Source: a virus. From it: a DNA stretch of 64,000 bases. Under the pieces are notes generated by a model that worked only from the letters and a program-made list of their open reading frames with translations, did no database searches and was not told the origin of the DNA. The DNA lies in the IMG/VR virus record IMGVR_UViG_3300045974_000100, positions 9,168-73,167 of that record; one strand, given 5' to 3'. The translations under genes and the position numbers were made by a program. Shown here in pieces: positions 61,810 to 64,000 of this stretch. Each line of letters opens with the position of its first letter. Position 1 is the stretch's first letter.

Positions 61810-62327
61810 ATGCGCCACTCCTGGGGGTGGGTGTAGAGGTGCTCGTTGTAGCCGGTGAGGAAGGCCACGGTGACGGTGAAGTCACACGGCCATGGCATCG
61901 GCCACTCTTCGTTGTCGTACTCCTCCTGGCTGGTGCAGTGGTTGCAGTAGCCGTTGTTGTCACGGTGTGAGGAGAGGATCTCCAAGGCCTGTGTTGTGAA
62001 GTCCTGCAAAGCGATCCAGGCATGGAGGTCGTCTCTGCGTGCGGCCTTCTCTTCACGGTGCTGCTTCAACCGTTCGGCCCGCTGCTGCTGTTGCTGCTCC
62101 CAGTTCTGGTAGCCAGGCTGTCCCTTACGCGGCACGGTGGGGAAGATCTTGCTAGCGATGAACTGGTCCATGTCCTGGGTGTACGCGATCGAGATGCCCG
62201 TGAGCGTGGCGCGTTGCAACTTCTCGATCGTCTCCGGGTCAGTGACGGTCATCTCGACCTCATGGCCTTCACCGTCAGTGCCCTTGATGTGGATTACTCC
62301 ATCGTCATCGGAAGGCGGTTCAGCCAT
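61806..62327 (-). CDS. Chimeric hypothetical protein containing a major-capsid-like segment
   Basis: LTGISIAYTQDMDQFIASKIFPTVP resembles the MCP N-terminus; C-terminal H..CNHC..WPC Zn motif; GGAGG RBS. Confidence 0.7.
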   Translation of the reverse strand: MAEPPSDDDGVIHIKGTDGEGHEVEMTVTDPETIEKLQRATLTGISIAYTQDMDQFIASKIFPTVPRKGQPGYQNWEQQQQQRAERLKQHREEKAARRDDLHAWIALQDFTTQALEILSSHRDNNGYCNHCTSQEEYDNEEWPMPWPCDFTVTVAFLTGYNEHLYTHPQEWRI

Positions 62328-62899
62328 GCCAGCACCTCCCTGTGCATCGCCGAGGCTGTGGCGTCATGCTCGATCGCCTTGGCCAGACGCTCGGCTGCGT
62401 ACTTCACCTTGCGTTCGTTCACGTCCTTAGCCCGGCGCAGCCAGGTGTCGAAATCCTCCTGCTTCCACATGGTCACGTGCGTGGAGTGGTACTTGATCGC
62501 CTCATCCAACTGGTCGAGTGCGGCCTGCTTGACCTGCGGCAGGTTGTACGGCCCCTCCACACCTTCGATGATCTGGCGCATGGCCTTGAACCGCGCAACT
62601 GCTTCGGCCTCCTTGGCGGTGTACTTCTCATCCGTCTCCTTGTTGGCCTTCTGCGCTCGTGCGTACTCCACGTGCAGGTCGGCACCACTCAAGGCATCGA
62701 AGGTGTCCCGCTCGACGATCTCCTTGTTGAGGTCCTCTTGCGCCTTGGGAACACGCAGTTCCGGCTCCCTGAGGGTGTACATCTCTGAGTCGTCCCGCTG
62801 GTTCATGTACAGCGCAAACATGCGAGCAATGGACGCGGCGAAGTCCTTGGGGTTGGTGTTGGTCCCGTCATAGATGGGATAGGTGTACCCGTTAGCCAT
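62294..62899 (-). CDS. Coiled-coil phage hypothetical protein
   Basis: MANGYTYPIYDG...FAASIARMF...RDD; GGAGG RBS. Confidence 0.7.
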   Translation of the reverse strand: MANGYTYPIYDGTNTNPKDFAASIARMFALYMNQRDDSEMYTLREPELRVPKAQEDLNKEIVERDTFDALSGADLHVEYARAQKANKETDEKYTAKEAEAVARFKAMRQIIEGVEGPYNLPQVKQAALDQLDEAIKYHSTHVTMWKQEDFDTWLRRAKDVNERKVKYAAERLAKAIEHDATASAMHREVLAWLNRLPMTME

Positions 62900-63164
62900 T
62901 AGCGTTCGGACCTCCCTTGATCCACTCGTCCAACGGTGGGCACTGCTTGATGACGAGGTCTGGGTGAACGATCGTCCACGCGTCGCATTGGGGGTTGTTA
63001 CAGCGCACGACGATCCACGCAACGGTGGGGTGTGCACAGTTACGGCCAGCCCTGTCCAACCACAACGGCAGGGAGGTGACGTACCAGTCGTGATACTCGA
63101 CCAGTCCGTTGTGCGGTTCCTTCTGCTTCATGACGATCTGCTCGATTGGCTTACGCTTCGGCAT
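62892..63164 (-). CDS. Hypothetical protein
   Basis: H.W...WIVVRCNNPQC; GGAGG RBS. Confidence 0.6.
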   Translation of the reverse strand: MPKRKPIEQIVMKQKEPHNGLVEYHDWYVTSLPLWLDRAGRNCAHPTVAWIVVRCNNPQCDAWTIVHPDLVIKQCPPLDEWIKGGPNANG

Positions 63165-63627
63165 CGGGCACCTCCACATCGATGTTGTTGTCTTGTAGGT
63201 AGATGGCGTAGGCGATGACCCCGTAGACGGCGTTGTCCAGGAGCGTGTCCTCGACGGCTTCGTTGCGGGTCTGCTTGAGGCGGCCGTTCTTGGTCAACGC
63301 TCCGATGCGTGCCAACTTCTGGGCGCAGTTGAAGATCGCTGACTGCCACCGGTTGTCGAAGCCGACGACACTGGATGTGTAGCCGAACGAGGAGAAGATG
63401 TCACCGTCCTCGCTGTAGTCCGCGCGCTTGCGACGGTTCATGGCGACGATGTCGATGCAGGCCTTCTCGAACGGGTCGGCCGGGCTCAGCACCATGCCTG
63501 TCACAGCAGGGTTCATCCACCCATCCGGAACGGTGGCCCCGATGTGCGCAGACTTGCCGGTGGCCCCGATGTAGGGCTTCACCTCAGGTTTGACGCCACG
63601 CGGTTCATGGTCGGGGTAGTCACTCAC
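63151..63627 (-). CDS. Nucleotide-modification-associated domain 1 (DUF1599-like, MazG-like fold)
   Basis: RKRADYS...F..F...KLARI..L...NEAVEDTLLDNAVYGVI. Confidence 0.75.
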   Translation of the reverse strand: MSDYPDHEPRGVKPEVKPYIGATGKSAHIGATVPDGWMNPAVTGMVLSPADPFEKACIDIVAMNRRKRADYSEDGDIFSSFGYTSSVVGFDNRWQSAIFNCAQKLARIGALTKNGRLKQTRNEAVEDTLLDNAVYGVIAYAIYLQDNNIDVEVPDAEA

Positions 63628-63838
63628 TGTTGTGCCTCGCGATCGCAGCGTTAGCCCACATGAGAGCGTCCTCAAGGTGGGTGAACACGATGGACTTCTC
63701 ACGGCCCTCAGGCAGGATGTTGTTCAACGCCACAGCTGTGAGCTTGATGGTGTTGCGCACCGCCTCGTGGTCGAAGATCACAGCCTGGTTTGCGGGTGGG
63801 TGGTGGTCGAAGCGGTAGTCAATCTCGCTAGGAAGCAT
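63620..63838 (-). CDS. Acb2/Tad1-like helical-hairpin protein (putative signalling-nucleotide sponge)
   Basis: RFDHHPP...HEAVR...LPEGREKSIVFTHLEDALMWANAAIAR. Confidence 0.7.
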   Translation of the reverse strand: MLPSEIDYRFDHHPPANQAVIFDHEAVRNTIKLTAVALNNILPEGREKSIVFTHLEDALMWANAAIARHNSE

Positions 63839-64000
63839 CGTCGGCCTGCACAGGGGCAATCGTGCGACTCATACGACCGTGACCGCTGACTGACAAGCCG
63901 CCGTTGAAGATCACGACAGTGCTGATGGAGTGCTCCTCAGTGCCGTCATAGGGGCGCACAGCATCGGGCTCGGACGGCGCAACATACATCGAGTGACCAT

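Noticed and set aside
62118-62204. Diversity-generating retroelement template/variable repeat with the capsid gene
   Set aside because: Differences are not adenine-specific, nucleotide identity is patchy, and no reverse transcriptase is in the window.
1-64000. Integrated prophage with att sites or host flanks
   Set aside because: No integrase, repressor or host housekeeping genes recognised in this window; lifestyle cannot be determined.

Overview
A 64-kb segment of a high-GC tailed dsDNA phage genome. The host is probably actinobacterial and the morphology is probably siphovirus (long tape measure, no sheath gene seen). It has three blocks. (1) 1-8.8 kb, minus strand: replication genes (DnaE-type polymerase, SSB-like protein, primase, DnaB helicase). 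(2) 9.3-51.9 kb, plus strand: the late/structural operon (peptidase, fibre-like genes, terminase, holins, portal, XkdF-type prohead protease, scaffold, capsid, neck, tail, tape measure, tail tip). (3) 52-64 kb, minus strand: accessory and early genes. The most unusual feature is a roughly 16-kb expansion of the head module (19.5-36.1 kb). It encodes large basic proteins punctuated by a recurring V-[G/S/A/R]-K|[S/A/G] motif, the same motif that recurs in the scaffold and in the protease pro-region. These sites delimit about 90-160-aa cationic modules with Gly/Ala-rich hydrophobic helices. I infer a set of protease-processed, capsid-packaged polyproteins. One of them appears to be fused to an EccA/CbbX/SpoVK-type AAA+ ATPase by an SD-stimulated -1 frameshift. 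Other highlights are a copy of the major capsid N-terminal segment inside an early gene, a perfect actinobacterial parS palindrome, two anti-defence sponge-family genes (Tad2-like and Acb2/Tad1-like), a mobile Zn-binding microdomain, and promoter-proximal terminators or structured leaders. No integrase, tRNA or CRISPR array was seen. All family assignments come from motif recognition by eye, not from database searches.
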